DNA from: Parasitella parasitica NRRL 2501
Taxonomy: Eukaryota; Fungi; Mucoromycota
Direction: 5' to 3'
Length of the DNA: 64,000 nucleotides
Assembly: GCA_025201805.1 (NCBI GenBank)
Contig: MU619373.1
Coordinates: forward strand, 6,037 to 70,036
A model generated the notes under the pieces. The model did no database searches and was not told the DNA's origin. It saw nothing but the letters and a program-made list of their open reading frames with translations. Positions 13,764 to 27,510 of the stretch are shown here, one piece after another (position 1 is the first letter of the stretch; each line of letters opens with the position of its first letter). Both the position numbers and the translations under genes were made by a program.

Positions 13764-15005
13764 ATGCCTCCCAAGAATACTTCCTCTGCCAATAGTCCCA
13801 CTGGCGAAAGAGGCCCTATTGAGGAAGCTGAAGCAAGAATCCAGGAGTAACATCAAATTTGAAGCGAAGAAATTAGCCAGCGACAATCAGTCGCTCCAGT
13901 AGCTCAATATCAGGAAACAAACATTAAACGTGGACGTCCATTGCTGGATGGTACATACACACTTGATTTCATGTTATTTTTCAAAACTTTGCTAAGCTAT
14001 TGAAAATTTAGAGGTTATACGACAGTTTTGCCATTATCAATCTTATTTCCCATTTACTGTAGGAGACCCTCTTGGTTTTCTTTGGAGAGCTTGTCACTCA
14101 AATTAAGCTGACAAAACCAACTCGCGGTAGTGCTAATGTTCCTATTCAAGTTGGCCTTGAAAATAGTAAAGATCTTCTCTCCATGCGATAATGAAAGTCC
14201 ACTGAAATTTTCTATACAGTTGAACATCGATCTAATATCTTAGGTTAATTTAGTGATGGAGAATGCCTCTTCAAACGAAGCAGGAACTCGTAGGCTTGTA
14301 CAAGTCCTTATCGATAATAAGTTCGCTAACCAATACAAGAAAGTACTATCCCCCTTGCAAAAATACCAATCGATGAACCAAGGACGCAAATATACTTGGC
14401 CACAACCAACCAATACAAAGGAAATCCAAAGGCTGATCAAACAGCATAAGGCACACCTGACCTATGACAAGCAAAGTATCAATAGAAATAGACTTGGGCA
14501 GTGTATGGTTCGGGATTTATATAAATCTTCGGATCTAAGTAGAATGCTGAAGACAATATGGAAGAATGGCACAATTCGAGAACAATTCACTATTTCGGCC
14601 AGACACTATTTGATCTTACAAGACCGAGACATCCGAAGCTTGAATTTATCAGATATGTTCACAACAATTATGGATCGAGAATAACATCGTGGTACCCAGC
14701 AAGATGTTACCATTATCTTCCATATACGAACCTGCAAATCATTGGATCATGGCGTATCCAAGTTTACTTGCACTATTTGTCATAAGGACATTTACCGATG
14801 CCCTGTGATTGCATTGGCATTTTATTTATTCTCACTTTTGCAGATAATTTATAACTGAAAACCACCCAAACTTATATCAGCTTCTTACATTTATATTATT
14901 ATAGAATGGTGGTGGCCGCCTCGTTCGCGAATAGAGGTGGGATAATTACAAGGTCGTTTCAGGCACAGTTAATCCTTAGGTTTCATCAAATTTGGCTCAA
15001 GAATG
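13764..15005 (+). mobile_element. Decayed Crypton-type (NDC10_II/tyrosine recombinase) transposon remnant
   Basis: REQFTISARHYLILQDRDIRSLNLSDMF, then an in-frame stop (14682-14684), then CKSLDHG...HKDIYRCPVIALAFYLF (from 14781), typical of fungal Crypton/NDC10 domain II. Further stops and frameshifts; truncated before the HxxR and Tyr catalytic region. Confidence 0.75.
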
Positions 15006-16301
15006 TAATGTTGCAGCTTCACCCAGTTTTGGATCAATTGCCAATTAAATCCTTATTTTTAATATGCTGTGTGCTTTAACTTTGGGCAATTGTGTATTAA
15101 TATGAGCGGGATTGCTTGTGTAATTGCATCTGACAAAGTGTACTTGAAAAATGACAGTAGTAATGATTTTGAAGGAGGTTTTTAAGCTCCAAAAACCGAT
15201 TGACTTTAGTATTATTGAGTTTTGTAGCTTCTGACGGTTTACAATAAAGATGCTTTATTTTTGCACCATGTAATGATGGCACCTCGCTATAAGCGGGAGC
15301 TGAATAATATTTTGATCATGATGGCAGGTCTGCTGTTGATGTTAAGCTAGTCATCCAGCATTGATTATTGTAGATCTTCTGTCAGAATCACGCTAAAGTT
15401 GCATAAAAATGGGCAATATACCTGAAGTTGACGTCTCTAATGTAAACAATAATATTTTGAAAAAAATAAATAATTGGGGCAAAAATGATATGAAGTTGAC
15501 CTGAGGAACATTGTCGCTTTGCCATAAATTCTATCACTATATAAAACGAATATATTATTTAAATGAGTGAAGGCATGTTATCAAAATAAAGCTTCAATAC
15601 ATATAGATTATATGTATATACGGAACGAGAATACTTTGGTATGAAATTACATTCACATGAACAGATTCTAATTGGAATGAAGAGCCGTATTTTATCATCT
15701 GGGTTCAATGTCTTCCATAGATACAGGCTTATCTACGCCGTATCGCAAGAATTCTGTATGAATGTTATTCACATGGGAAATGCAAAATTAAGGCGAAGTA
15801 ATCACAGAGGGTTCTATGTGATAATGACAGCATTAAACCCTTTATTGAGATTGTGGACAAATTTTGCCATTGCCAGCTCTACAGGTGATTGTTGGGGTTA
15901 GATGCTACATATGTATTCATCGCCGTTTTGTCTATGTAAAAGGGCTAAGCTTGATCGCTTCACTACACATATCTTATCTTTTTAATTAAAGTCATTATGT
16001 GAAGAGTATAGCGTCGTGTAGGTATATAACACCACGTTCGACATGTCAACATAAGTTTGGCAAGTATAGCTTGTTAAATCAAATTTGTTTTCACTGGGGT
16101 CAAAAAAGAATGTCTATGTAAGAAGCCGTTTTTGTAGTGAATGTATGATCTCAGTTGATCATTAGGACGTCCACGTGTAGTAATACAAAAGTAAATACTG
16201 CAACAATAATAAAAGATACATGGGGCAAGATAAATATATATGTACAATTTAATTGTGGAAAAGCATCAAGAATAAATAATCAAAGAGGGGGATATATTCT
16301 G

Positions 16302-16763
16302 TTATAGTACTCTGGTGGACATAGAATATTGGTTACTGTCTAATCCAACGATGCCGTGTCGCAATATTCGATTCACTGCAGGATCATTTGATTCGTCTTC
16401 GTCTTCTTGCGCAAAAGCAGTAGAAAACGAAGCTCCAAATTCCAATTGATGAGGTTGCATTACCCTTGATAGGCGATACTTTACGCCCAGGTAGCTTAGG
16501 TAGTTGGCTTTAGGGAACACACGCACTCGCTTAACACCTGGAAACAATCTGTCTTCAATATCCACAAAAGTGCCACCTAAACCGAGCGTCTGTTCCAATT
16601 TGTGTTGGTTGACGCTGGCAAATGGAACCCATTTTGTATTGATAAACACAAGCCAAGTAAAGTTATCGCCTATCTGGCGAACAGAGGCTGATCGATTGTC
16701 AACAGATTGCTGTGATGAGTGTTCATGATGGTAGGGATAATCACGAAGATTACTGATTGTCAT
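16302..16763 (-). CDS. Small WWE-like domain protein (153 aa)
   Basis: FTWLVFINTKWVPFASVNQHKLEQTL shows the W-x6-W-x-P-F...LE spacing of WWE domains; ends in YRLSR; likely ATG at 16763. Confidence 0.65.
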   Translation of the reverse strand: MTISNLRDYPYHHEHSSQQSVDNRSASVRQIGDNFTWLVFINTKWVPFASVNQHKLEQTLGLGGTFVDIEDRLFPGVKRVRVFPKANYLSYLGVKYRLSRVMQPHQLEFGASFSTAFAQEDEDESNDPAVNRILRHGIVGLDSNQYSMSTRVL

Positions 16764-18207
16764 TGTATATATGTACAACAAGTGTGTGTATAAGATAATT
16801 GATTTGTGCCTTTGGGTGGTGAGTAAGGTGGTATAAAGATGGATGGGAAAAAGTGAAAGAAGAAGAAAATATTTACACTTCTCCTTCTTTTCTCTTGTTC
16901 TCATATGCTTGTGCCATCTTCATTATATGTAGTACAAGTTGGTTATCTTTTGGAGGAAACCACAGACAAATTACATATGTAGCTTCTGCTACACAATATG
17001 TACAATCAACCTATCCCCTGTGTACGTGGTAATATTAGGCGATAAATAAATGTTTTCAATTGCTCTTCTTGAACATAGAAAAATATGTAGCCATTGTTGG
17101 TTTTTTTAGTTTAGCAACGCTACACAACCTCTGCTTCTCAACTGTACCAAAGGTGTTTCGTATCAATGTGCGATTATATGACATCTTTGTAGATGCACGT
17201 ATTTTAATTTTATAACTTTGAGTACTAGATTGATAAAGTTTAACGAATGATGTTTCGTAGTATTGTGAAGATCTTGATTCAAGATATTCTAGAAAACAAT
17301 CATCCCTATCTAGCATCATCTGACGAATTCGGGGGGGGGGGTTTTCAGTAATGTAACATAGATAAGGTTGTCAAAATATACAATGCCTTCCTTACAAACT
17401 GCCATATGTCGCTATCTCGAGTCAATTATTTGTGATAGTCTATTATTTAACAAAGAATGGCCTTAAAGCAATGAAAAATTAAACGCGTAATTTTGACAAA
17501 AGAAGTATGATCTAACTTTATTACTTTTGTTTTTTGTATTTGTGAACATCGAAACCTAAATTGTATTGACTCCAACTGATAAAATACATAGAACGATTTT
17601 TCAAATCATTCTATCTCAGGATGTTTATACTAGTCTTTTGTTTTAAACAATACTATTAATTTCGTAAGTTGCCATACAATGAGGAATAATCAGGCAGGCT
17701 TAAATGAGGCAATTTTTTTTAGAAAATATCAAACAGTGCGCATTGTACCTTTATGGCCTTAAACACTCAAATGACAAGCTTGATTGTTTTGTCTACAGAT
17801 ATTTTGTACATTTAATCAAAATATGCTAAATTTTTAGCATCTTACATGGATGGAGCGCGCTACAAACAGCAGCAGGAGGTTGATCTAGATAATACGTTGC
17901 TCTCAATGTGAGAATCCAGGAACCTAAATATGCGCAAATGGTAACCATGGACACAAAGAGAAACACTTGCACTTTGATTTGATTGGTTTCACTGGGTTAT
18001 TGAATCCCAGTATAATGAAGCGGAAAAAAAAGAGTGCCATTATTGCCTTTCTCTTTACTGTAGACAAACAAATTACAAGTATACGGCCTGACGCATAATG
18101 CCTGTCTTTCAACAGTCGCGACGGACGTTTGGGAAAAAAAGCGTATTACCAACAGCATACAGCGACGACGCAATCAACCTAGGTAGGCTATACTCTTGAT
18201 CTTTGCA

Positions 18208-19272
18208 ATGGCTCCCCTTTATTTGTGCTCATCATCTCAAAAAGCCCAACCCGTTTTGTTTGGTTTGACTAGAAAGCAGTTGTCTTTGATTGTGTTGGTT
18301 GTTCAAAATAGTACACTTGTATTAATGATGCGATACTCACGTATTGTTCAGAAGCCGGGACAAACAATGTATATTGCCTCAACAGCGGTATTTTTGGCCG
18401 AAGTACTAAAGATCATAGCATGTCTCATCGTAATGCGCCATCAACAGGGCACTTGGAGCAGATTCAGCACAATGGTTAGGAATGAGATATTGTATAGACC
18501 AGCGGAAACGTTGAAAATGTTGATTCCCTCGGGATTGTACGCATTGCAAAATAATCTACTCTATGTGGCATTGAGTAATCTGGAGGCAGCGACATTTCAA
18601 GTGACGTATCAGATGAAGATCATGTCGACAGCAGTGTTCAGTGTTGTGCTGTTGGGTAAAAGTCTTAGTAGAGACAAATGGCTGGCTTTATTCTTATTAA
18701 TGATTGGTGTCACACTTGTTCAATCTCAAAGCATGTCTGCTTCCTCAGCATCTACAACATCTACAGCATCAGCAAAAGACGAAATATTAATGGCGCCACA
18801 AAACCCGTTCATTGGATTCATGGCAGTAATTACTAGTTGTGTATCGTCTGGATTTGCTGGCTGTTATTTCGAGAAAATTTTGAAAACGTCAGACACATCC
18901 ATGTGGGTGCGTAATATCCAATTAGGGATATCAGGGGCATTATTTTCGCTGGTGGGGATGCTCGCTTATGATATACAGCTGATCAGGGAGGGTGGTTTGC
19001 TACAAGGCTATGATTGGCTTACTTGGGTAGTGGTTGCAAACCAGGCTTTAGGAGGCCTTTTGGTTGCCATTGTGGTGAAATATGCTGATAACATTCTCAA
19101 AGGATTTGCTACTAGTTTATCTATAATTGTGTCGGGTGTCATCAGCATATATCTTTTTAGTTTCCAACCTTCTGGTGTCTTTATTGTGGGCGCGATGATT
19201 GTTATGGCCTCCTCGTATCTTTACGGTATAGATTTCTCAAAACGATTCCAAGGTCGTATTAAACCATTATAA
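18208..19272 (+). CDS. UDP-galactose/UDP-GlcNAc nucleotide-sugar transporter (SLC35A/Gms1 family), intronless
   Basis: PSGLYALQNNL, YQMKI, SGFAGCYFEKILK, VKYADNILKGFA motifs; many TM segments. Confidence 0.95.
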   Translation: MAPLYLCSSSQKAQPVLFGLTRKQLSLIVLVVQNSTLVLMMRYSRIVQKPGQTMYIASTAVFLAEVLKIIACLIVMRHQQGTWSRFSTMVRNEILYRPAETLKMLIPSGLYALQNNLLYVALSNLEAATFQVTYQMKIMSTAVFSVVLLGKSLSRDKWLALFLLMIGVTLVQSQSMSASSASTTSTASAKDEILMAPQNPFIGFMAVITSCVSSGFAGCYFEKILKTSDTSMWVRNIQLGISGALFSLVGMLAYDIQLIREGGLLQGYDWLTWVVVANQALGGLLVAIVVKYADNILKGFATSLSIIVSGVISIYLFSFQPSGVFIVGAMIVMASSYLYGIDFSKRFQGRIKPL

Positions 19273-19456
19273 TTTTTTTATTTTTTTTATTTTGTTCTTG
19301 TACATAATATTAAACAATTAGCCATGTTTTTCGGAACCGCATCCATATAAAAAATTGCTGATCAGTGTGTGAGTTTTATGCGAGTTAAGTTTTTTTCTTT
19401 TAGTTCAGAAAAAGAAAGCACAATCTAATTTCTTGTCTCTTTCCTCTGTACAAAAT

Positions 19457-20385
19457 ATGAGTCACTGCCACGACGAACATTGTGAACACGACCATGATGA
19501 CTTGCCAGAGTCTGGCGAGCAGTTCTTACTATACTCAAAGATCGATCTCGACAACGTACGCTGCTTGAATGAAAGTGAGCTTGATAGTGGAAAATCAGTA
19601 ATTCGACCCTGGAACCAAAGACTAGAAGATTCCAAGGTATAAAGCGAAAAAAACCAAAAATACATTGTAAAAAGTGCTAATGTGTTGTCCAGTTTGTAGA
19701 AAGCGATGTCGACGAACAGTTGATTTTTTTCATCCCGTAAACATATCTTTAGTATAACGTGTCTGTCTTCCATTCATATATATCCAAACCTTTTATAGAT
19801 TTACAGGAAGTGTCAAGTTGCGCTCTATATGTCTTCGAACGGACCCCTCCGACTCTGCACCGTCCAAGATGAAAGTGTAAGCAACTTTCCCTCACGTTTC
19901 CTTTCATATAAAGACTGACATATTAATGCAACAAACAGATTTATCAATCGGAATGATGTGGATTTCGACGTTGCTGACAGCTATACACCCATACAAGAAT
20001 TTGAGCTTGTAGAAGGCTCAAATGAAGTTGTTGAATATGGCACCAAAATCACTAAATTTTCAAGTGTAACAAGCATTACATTGTTTTTTCCTGAAAATTT
20101 TGGCCAAGATGATACTAGCATTGTGCGTTTTATTGGATTCAAGGGAGAATGGACCGAGGTAGGCTTACTTTCCTTGATGAGCATTTACGCTTTTATTCAC
20201 ATTTGTTATATAAAAACTGTTTGTAGCTTAAACGGGATCCTATTATTACAGGTAAGCTCCAAATAAATACATTAACAAAAGTCTAATCGTAATCTCCCAT
20301 GCGCATAGTTTATGAAGCAAATGCCAATCCTGCAGATCATAAAATTCCAGGCGCTGAAAACAAAATGAACCATTCAATTCAATAA
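19457..20385 (+). CDS. PITH domain protein (PITHD1/DUF1000-like), multi-exon
   Basis: His-rich N-terminus, LYSKIDLDNVRCLNE, ESDVDEQLIFFIP|FTGSVKL, LFFPENFG, IGFKGEW, YEANANPADH; includes a 25-nt exon at 20227-20251. Confidence 0.92.
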
Positions 20386-23300
20386 ATATGTACATGCATT
20401 TACCATAATTACTTCTATTGCAATGATCATTGCTGTCGATCCAACAACGACTCGCTTTGATAGTATCCTTAAAAATATTAATATTTAACAAACGCTTAAT
20501 GCTTGTGTGTGTGTATCTGGTAGCCATAATTTTGGTGTATTAGAAAATATATTAAATCCCTTGCTTCATACGAAAAGAAAAGTACGTTAATACAGAGTTT
20601 ATTGTATGCATTAGGTGTTCTTGTATCAAGGCTATCATATTCATGTCTGATCTTGATCGCGCTATCCTTTCATTGTTGACTACTACAGATGATAACAGTG
20701 CGTGTTATCGATTTTGGCACAACATGGCATTTACAAAAATGAGCTTATTTGTGCTTGTTGACAAACTTGAGTAATCGTCTTTTGAATAGTCATTTCCGGA
20801 ACAATATTTTGAGTTTCTGTAAGATTTCCCTGAGCTTTAGAATTACCGAGTTGTGTTCCTCGGTATTGTTGATTTGCCACCGTATATCGTATAGAATTGG
20901 AGTAAAGCTCCCACTGTCTTTGATGGTAATCGTCTGATTTGGTGTCTCCTTGATTTCTTCGGCTACTTCAAGTTTTTTTTTCTTAAATAGATGGCTAGCC
21001 ACGATTCTTTTACTTGTGTGTAGAAGCGAGTTGTAGCAAAGAAAAAGTTATTTTCTTCAGCAAACTCGCATACTTCGAGCTATGTGGGGATGAATCGGTT
21101 TGCGATCAAAGTCGCTCCACACCTAGATCAGATTTTGTTATGCACTTGCGTATTCTTCAAATGCAGGTATTTACCATCATCATCAATCATTCCAAAATTG
21201 GGTACAAATTTTGAGCTGTACACAACCTGGCATACCCAAATATGTGTATGTAAAAGCATTGACAGTATATATGGTTGTTCCAGAACATATGGGGCTCCAA
21301 AGATCAAAGAATTGTTCAAGAACAAGTTAGAAATTGTGTTTAATGAAGCTAGAAGCCAAGGCAATCATTTTCATCTCTTTAAAGAGGCCAAAAGGGTGTT
21401 GAGCACTTCATTGAACTGAATTGACTTTGTAACATTACATTTAACTGAGATGATAGGTGCTGCAAATCTCACACAAAAGTTGTGCCAACTGCTGCGCGAC
21501 ACAAAAAGCAAGCTTATCCCTGATTATAGAGAATATTCCTCTAGCACCGGGCCAAATGGTCAAAGTGCCAAGTCCAATAAGGCCGTTAAGGCATCAGTGA
21601 GAATCCATGCGGATAGAAAGTCTTTGCTTATCAAGATAAAGGTCAGCAATGCCAAACTTGTTCCAATAACGACACTCCTGACGAAATCCCTGTTGCCAAG
21701 ATTATACAATGGGTGAAGTTTGCTGCTAGTGTTTTCAGCCATAATTGGTTGTTTTGAGAGGAATTAGCATTTCCTATTTTGTTCTGCAGGTCTAATTATC
21801 AAGGCGCTATAAAAGTTGATAGTCTGATAAGCATAAATATCATATCCATTTCACCCTGATGAAGGTTACAACAGATATCATACATGAAACCACTTGCTCC
21901 GATCTTGTCTTCTCCAAGACAGATGCTACATTGCACCACAGTTACTCATTAATATCGTGGTCCTAATAAATCTGCGCTGCATACAATACCTTGTATTCCT
22001 GCACGATTCCTTCTTCATTTTTATATTTTTTAAGGATATTCTCATTAGGCCAAATCCGTTCCAATCCTTGAAGTGGAAAAGTTTCTACGGCGTCTTGTGT
22101 ACTGAAAGTTGCTATAGTTACCGATTCTGACCCTCTTGCAACCTTAATTTTTCAAGACATTAGCAACTGGGATATTAACGTAAGGATTACATACGGTACA
22201 GGTACACCGTCTTGGTGCAAATCTTATTGCTAGGTACCTCACGGTACTCTTTAACCTAGAGAGCGTGTCTAATGATGAAGACTTTCTCTTGAGCTGACTT
22301 GCTGGTAATCACTCATTAGATCAAAGCTGTATGAATATCGTAGCAAGGGCATCAAGAATTAATTTGAATTTTTTGCGTGCTTGGTGCTGTATTCATGCAA
22401 ATGTCTCTGGTTCTCAGGACTTTTGTTGCTGTATTATCCGGGTAAAGGATATTTCTGGTGTTGAAGAGATACTTACGACTATCGAGTAATCTACTGAGCC
22501 TCTTGTACGTCTTCTTTTAGCTTGTATCTCCAGATAAACCCATCTTCAGAAAAAGCAGTTTTTTTAAACTCGGTCTTACCACATAAACGTGAGGAGCCAA
22601 GTAAGACATTTTGTGAATGAATGTAGCACTTTGCAAGTTGTTGAAACACGATTTACACGGTTTTAGCTGTACTAGTAAAGCTTCGAATCGAAGAAAATAA
22701 AAGAAATGGAGAAAATTAACGCGCGCTCGATAAGTCCATCTATCCGGTGCTGCCTTATTGAATGCCCTAACTTTTCGAGTGGCGGGTAGGGTCCAATGCA
22801 AACAGTTTAAAGGCACTGTCAGTAACTACGCCCTCTTTGTTATCTTTATTCAACATCCACTACTTGATTGAAAAGTAATTATTATTTTTTCAAAATTAGA
22901 TCAAAAATACATACATATACCTACGAAAACTAAAACTGAATATAATTGTACATTATGTATAGATGTTTGGGAACAACTTGTCTGAAAATGTCATAGAAAA
23001 AAAGATCTCTCATATTTCTAACTCTTCACATCCATATAATAACTGCACATTGCACTTGGCCCGTGATATGAAAAGTGTGCACAGCTAAGGATGCATTCCA
23101 GCAACACCCGGATAGATAGTTTTCATGAAATCTTTTTGAGGTGTGGACAGTCCACCAATCTATCTTTGTTTCAGGACTCAATGCATTTGATAAAAAGAGC
23201 AGCAGCTTTAGTTAACAGTTTTGTCCACTTTTTATACGAAAGATCGTACAATCATGGTATGACAGAAGTATCGGGCACAGTATTTGTTGACGAGAATTGT

Positions 23301-23830
23301 ATGTTACATATGGACATATGATAGTATAAAGCGAATTAAGATGTGTTAAAAGTTAAAAATGGCCAATTGAATGTTACGGGCCGCGTAAAAAGACGTAAAG
23401 TTGTGTCAATAATATTTGTAAAGTTGGTTATTTAAGCACCTCTACCATTAACTCAGAGACAACATTTTTATAGTCCAATGATAAACCAGAGCAAAATTTG
23501 AATAGATTGGGTTACACTTTGTACAATCTATTGAAATGTTCACTTTAATGATTAAATGTAAAGAACTTCTGAACGTTTTATAGTCAAGAAATAGGTGAAC
23601 TATATTTAATAGAGACAATGCAAATAAGAGTACAGAAATGAGTTTATCAAGGGATCACTGTATAATAAGGGGAATACGGATACTGAGACAGATGTCGGGC
23701 GGATGTGCAGCCAGATTGCTAAATGAAGGTAATTTCCAACTCTAAATAAATTTTCAAAACGAGCTAATCAAGGATTTGTCTTTCTTTTCCCTCTCAACTC
23801 TTTTCAACAAGGTTAACAAACTAATTAAAA

Positions 23831-25086
23831 ATGACTACTGGGACCGTTTCAGCTCAAAATTCTGAGGACATTGCCTTTGCTCGTGCTCTTCATGGCGAAA
23901 AAATTAAGAGTGGTCTTTTAGCTAACTTGTCCTCCAAGAATGCTGATGTTCACAATGTCGCCACGGACACTTATCTCAAGATGTGGAAGGCGCCCAAGGA
24001 AGAAACCAAGGAAGACGAAACTAAGAGGTTGGACGGCTATACTTCCCTTGTCAACTCTTATTATAACTTGGCTACTGATTTCTATGAATATGGTAAGTTA
24101 TAACTCATCCAGACGCGCTTCTCTTTTTTGGTGTTAAGTTTTCAATGCAGGATGGGGCTCCAGTTTCCATTTCTGCCGCTACTATGTTGGCGAAGAGTTC
24201 AACCGTGCCATTGCTCGTCATGAGCATTATTTAGCAGCCAACATTGGCATTAAGGAGAATATGCGTGTTCTTGATGTCGGTTGTGGCGTCGGTGGCCCCG
24301 CTCGTGAAATTGCTCATTTCACTGGTGCTCATGTTACAGGTTTGAATAACAATGCCTACCAACTTCAAAGAGCTAGACACTATGCCGCCAAGGAATTATT
24401 GCAAGATCAGACTGAATTCATCAAGGTACAGTAAGGAGGGAAATGATAGGGAGTTTATAGTGCCTACTTTACAGAGTACTGATTTTTCGATTGTCAATTA
24501 GGGCAACTTTATGGAAATGCCTTTCGAAGCAAACACTTTTGATGCTGTCTACGCTATTGAAGCTACATGCCACGCTCCCATCTTTGAGGGTGTCTATGGC
24601 GAGATTTATCGTGTCTTGAAACCCGGAGGAAACTTTGGCTGCTATGAATGGTGCATGACTGATGATTTCGATGAAACAAACCCTAAACACAAGGAAATTG
24701 CTCACAGCATCGAAATCGGCAACGGTATCCCCAAAATGCGCAAGACAGCCGAGTGTATCCAAGCTTTAAAGAACGTTGGCTTTGATGTATTGATGAACCA
24801 AGACCTTGCTAATGTTGGTGATTCCATTAATTGGTATTATCCTCTCGAAGGTGACATTAGAAAGTGCCAGACTACCAAGGATGTGCTTACTACCTTGGCT
24901 ATGACCAAGTTGGGCCGTTTCACCACTACCAACTTTGTGCGTGTCTTGGAAAAGTTCGGTTTAGCTCCCAAGGGCACTGTCGAGACTCAAAAGTTTTTGG
25001 AGACTGCTGCTGACGCTTTAGTCGCTGGTGCACAACAGAACTTGTTTACTCCCATGTTCTTCTTTGTTGCAAAGAAGCCCGAGTAA
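23831..25086 (+). CDS. ERG6: Sterol 24-C-methyltransferase; exons 23831-24092, 24151-24425, 24502-25086
   Basis: [33 protein letters not shown]-binding motif, [22 protein letters not shown]. Confidence 0.97.
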
Positions 25087-25490
25087 AATTATACAAATAT
25101 ACACATCGAGCGAATATGGGAGATTTCACAGCACTTGGCACCAGAAAATTAATATTTATTCCCCCCCCCCAATTAAGATCACTTTTTCTCACTTATTTTG
25201 TTCTGCATATTACTTCTACACTTTCTCTATTTTTATATAAATATAATATTTGCTTGCTTATCCGACTTTATTATTACTAGGCACCATATATTTAAGTAAA
25301 AGACATAATATCGAAAAGGAGAAATTGGGCATATACAAATGGAAAGAAGGGGGGTGGGGGAAAGAAAGTAAATAGGTAGTTAAATACTGGCAGTAGGGTT
25401 AATTTGGAAGACATAAGGTTTTGGGAGCATAATTGTACATATGTAGAATGAGATGACGAATTGGATTACAGTGTTTGTTCAAGAGTGCCA

Positions 25491-27510
25491 TTAGCAGGTC
25501 GGGTATTGCTGTTGTTCATAGGGAAAGATAGGTGAAGACGATGCAGGGTACTTGTCGATAGGTAAATACCAAGATAGAGATTGATCTGTTCGCGTATAAA
25601 GGCTTGAGATAGGGGAAGTAGAGCTGTTTTGCCACATGTCATATGATGGTGCAGACACTCTGTCATATTCTGCTCCTGGCATGCACAAGTTATCGACTGA
25701 GTAAGTGTCGTATAAGATGATATCATCATCTTGTTGGTATTGAAGGACTGGCGCAGCCGTATCACTCTCTTTCATTATATCGTTGTCGTCAAAAAGATTG
25801 ATCGATTCATTTGTAGTCAAAACATACAGTTTATCTACAATAGAAGCATTTGGTTTAACTGTTTGCTGATCTTTGCATTTCTCCTTCTTGACATTGCCAG
25901 CACTGTTTGATCGGCCAAGAGAAGAGGGGGTTGTGGTACCGTTGCGACTCTTTTTGTGCGTCTTTTTGTGCTGTGCCAAGTTGTCAGACCTTGAGAAAGC
26001 TTTACCGCACATGTCGCATGAATATGGGCGCTCCAAGGTATGTGTCCTGAAGTGTCTTTTCAAGTGCTCCAATCGTTTAAACTGACGACCACACTGCGGC
26101 AAAACGCACGAATAAGTCTTTTCAGCTTGATGTTGCTCACAGTATTGCTCTAACTGCTTTTGCTGATGCTTACGTAGAACTTGAAAGAGATTATGGGGGT
26201 TGATTGCAAAATCTGCATTGATAGAGGCCAATTCCACACAATCATCCATAAACAAGGCATTCATTGTCGAAAAGCCTCGTCTACGCTGACGCTGTTTGTA
26301 GGAAGGCGAGCCTTCGAAGAGGGAGAATTGACCGAATATTTTTTGCTGCTGCTCTGCGTTACTGTCATCTGTCAGTCGAGATGGAAGTAATTTAGGAGAA
26401 GTGCCTACAGAATAGCTCGTTTGCTGGTATGTAGCTAAAGGTGGATCATTCCCAGCGGTAGTAATAGGCGAACTATTAGCAGTGCTCGGAGGAGAGCTGG
26501 GAACTGGAATGATGCAGGAAAGTGACCGAGTCGATCGATGTCCTATTTCTCTACCAATAAAGAACTGATCATCTAGAAAATATACAAAATAATTAACATA
26601 AATGTGCATAGAATTTGACATTATTTGGTAAATTAACACATATTGTTGATTTTTTGCCTTTATTATCTTGACTAGAAAAAGAAATGTTTTAATTACCTGC
26701 TGCTGTTGCTGCAGTAGTCAATGGAGTGGTAGAAATAGAAGATGAAGTGGTAGCAGCATGAAAGTTATGAGTAGTGGTAGTGGGTGAAGGTGGATTTGAA
26801 GTAAATAATTGCTGGTTATATTCATCGTCCATTGCATGAGCAACGGCAACGGCTGACAAGGACATTGATTTTCTTAGTTGATCAAATAGCTCCAATGTTG
26901 TATCTAAAGAAAGGGATCTGGCTGGTTCAGCAATAGCAACACTTGTAGGCTCCAGTTCCATTTTTTCCTTCTTCAGATCCCTTTCCAAAGCATCAAGAAA
27001 TAGGCGGTCATGAGGTACAGAAAACCAAAAAAATACTTTTTGCTTCTTTTGGGTTCTAATGCAATTGTTCTTGTACAGCATCTCGAGAAATTCAGATTTT
27101 GGCTCTTCCAGAGTCGCATCCATGCCAGGCTTGAGGTTTCTTAAATCAGAAAAAATGCCCTCTTCAAACTTCTTGAGATTGGTGACAGGTCTGCCGAATA
27201 GATGAAATCGATACAATAAACATCGTACAATGTCAGTACCTGTCACATGAAATAAGTCATTCCAGAATACGCATGAAATGCTTTCACCTGTTTGTAAACC
27301 AAAGGAACGGACCTGATGAGTATGATCCCAGTCATTTGTGGCTGTCCCAAGGAAGTACTTGAGCTGGTCAATTTGCTTTAACCTTTGCTCAATGTTTGCA
27401 TTAGTGGGTGGCTGAAGTCGGATTGCTGGGTTGTATGACACATGGCTGTTGCTGTGGGAAGAGCTTTCTTCTTCAGGTAATTGTTGTGCTTGCTGGATAG
27501 AACTGGTCAT
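25491..27510 (-). CDS. STE12: Ste12-like transcription factor (STE domain + two C2H2 fingers); exons 27510-26697 and 26572-25491
   Basis: [52 protein letters not shown]; [11 protein letters not shown]; fingers RLEHLKRH and RSDNLAQH. Confidence 0.95.

Noticed and set aside
21084-21716. Plus-strand ORFs with SRTYGAPKI resembling an IS3 transposase motif
   Set aside because: No DDE/integrase motifs follow; likely chance or the antisense of a decayed minus-strand gene.
23499-23537. AATAGATTG/CAATCTATT inverted repeat upstream of ERG6
   Set aside because: Short and AT-rich, expected by chance; no recognisable sterol-response element.
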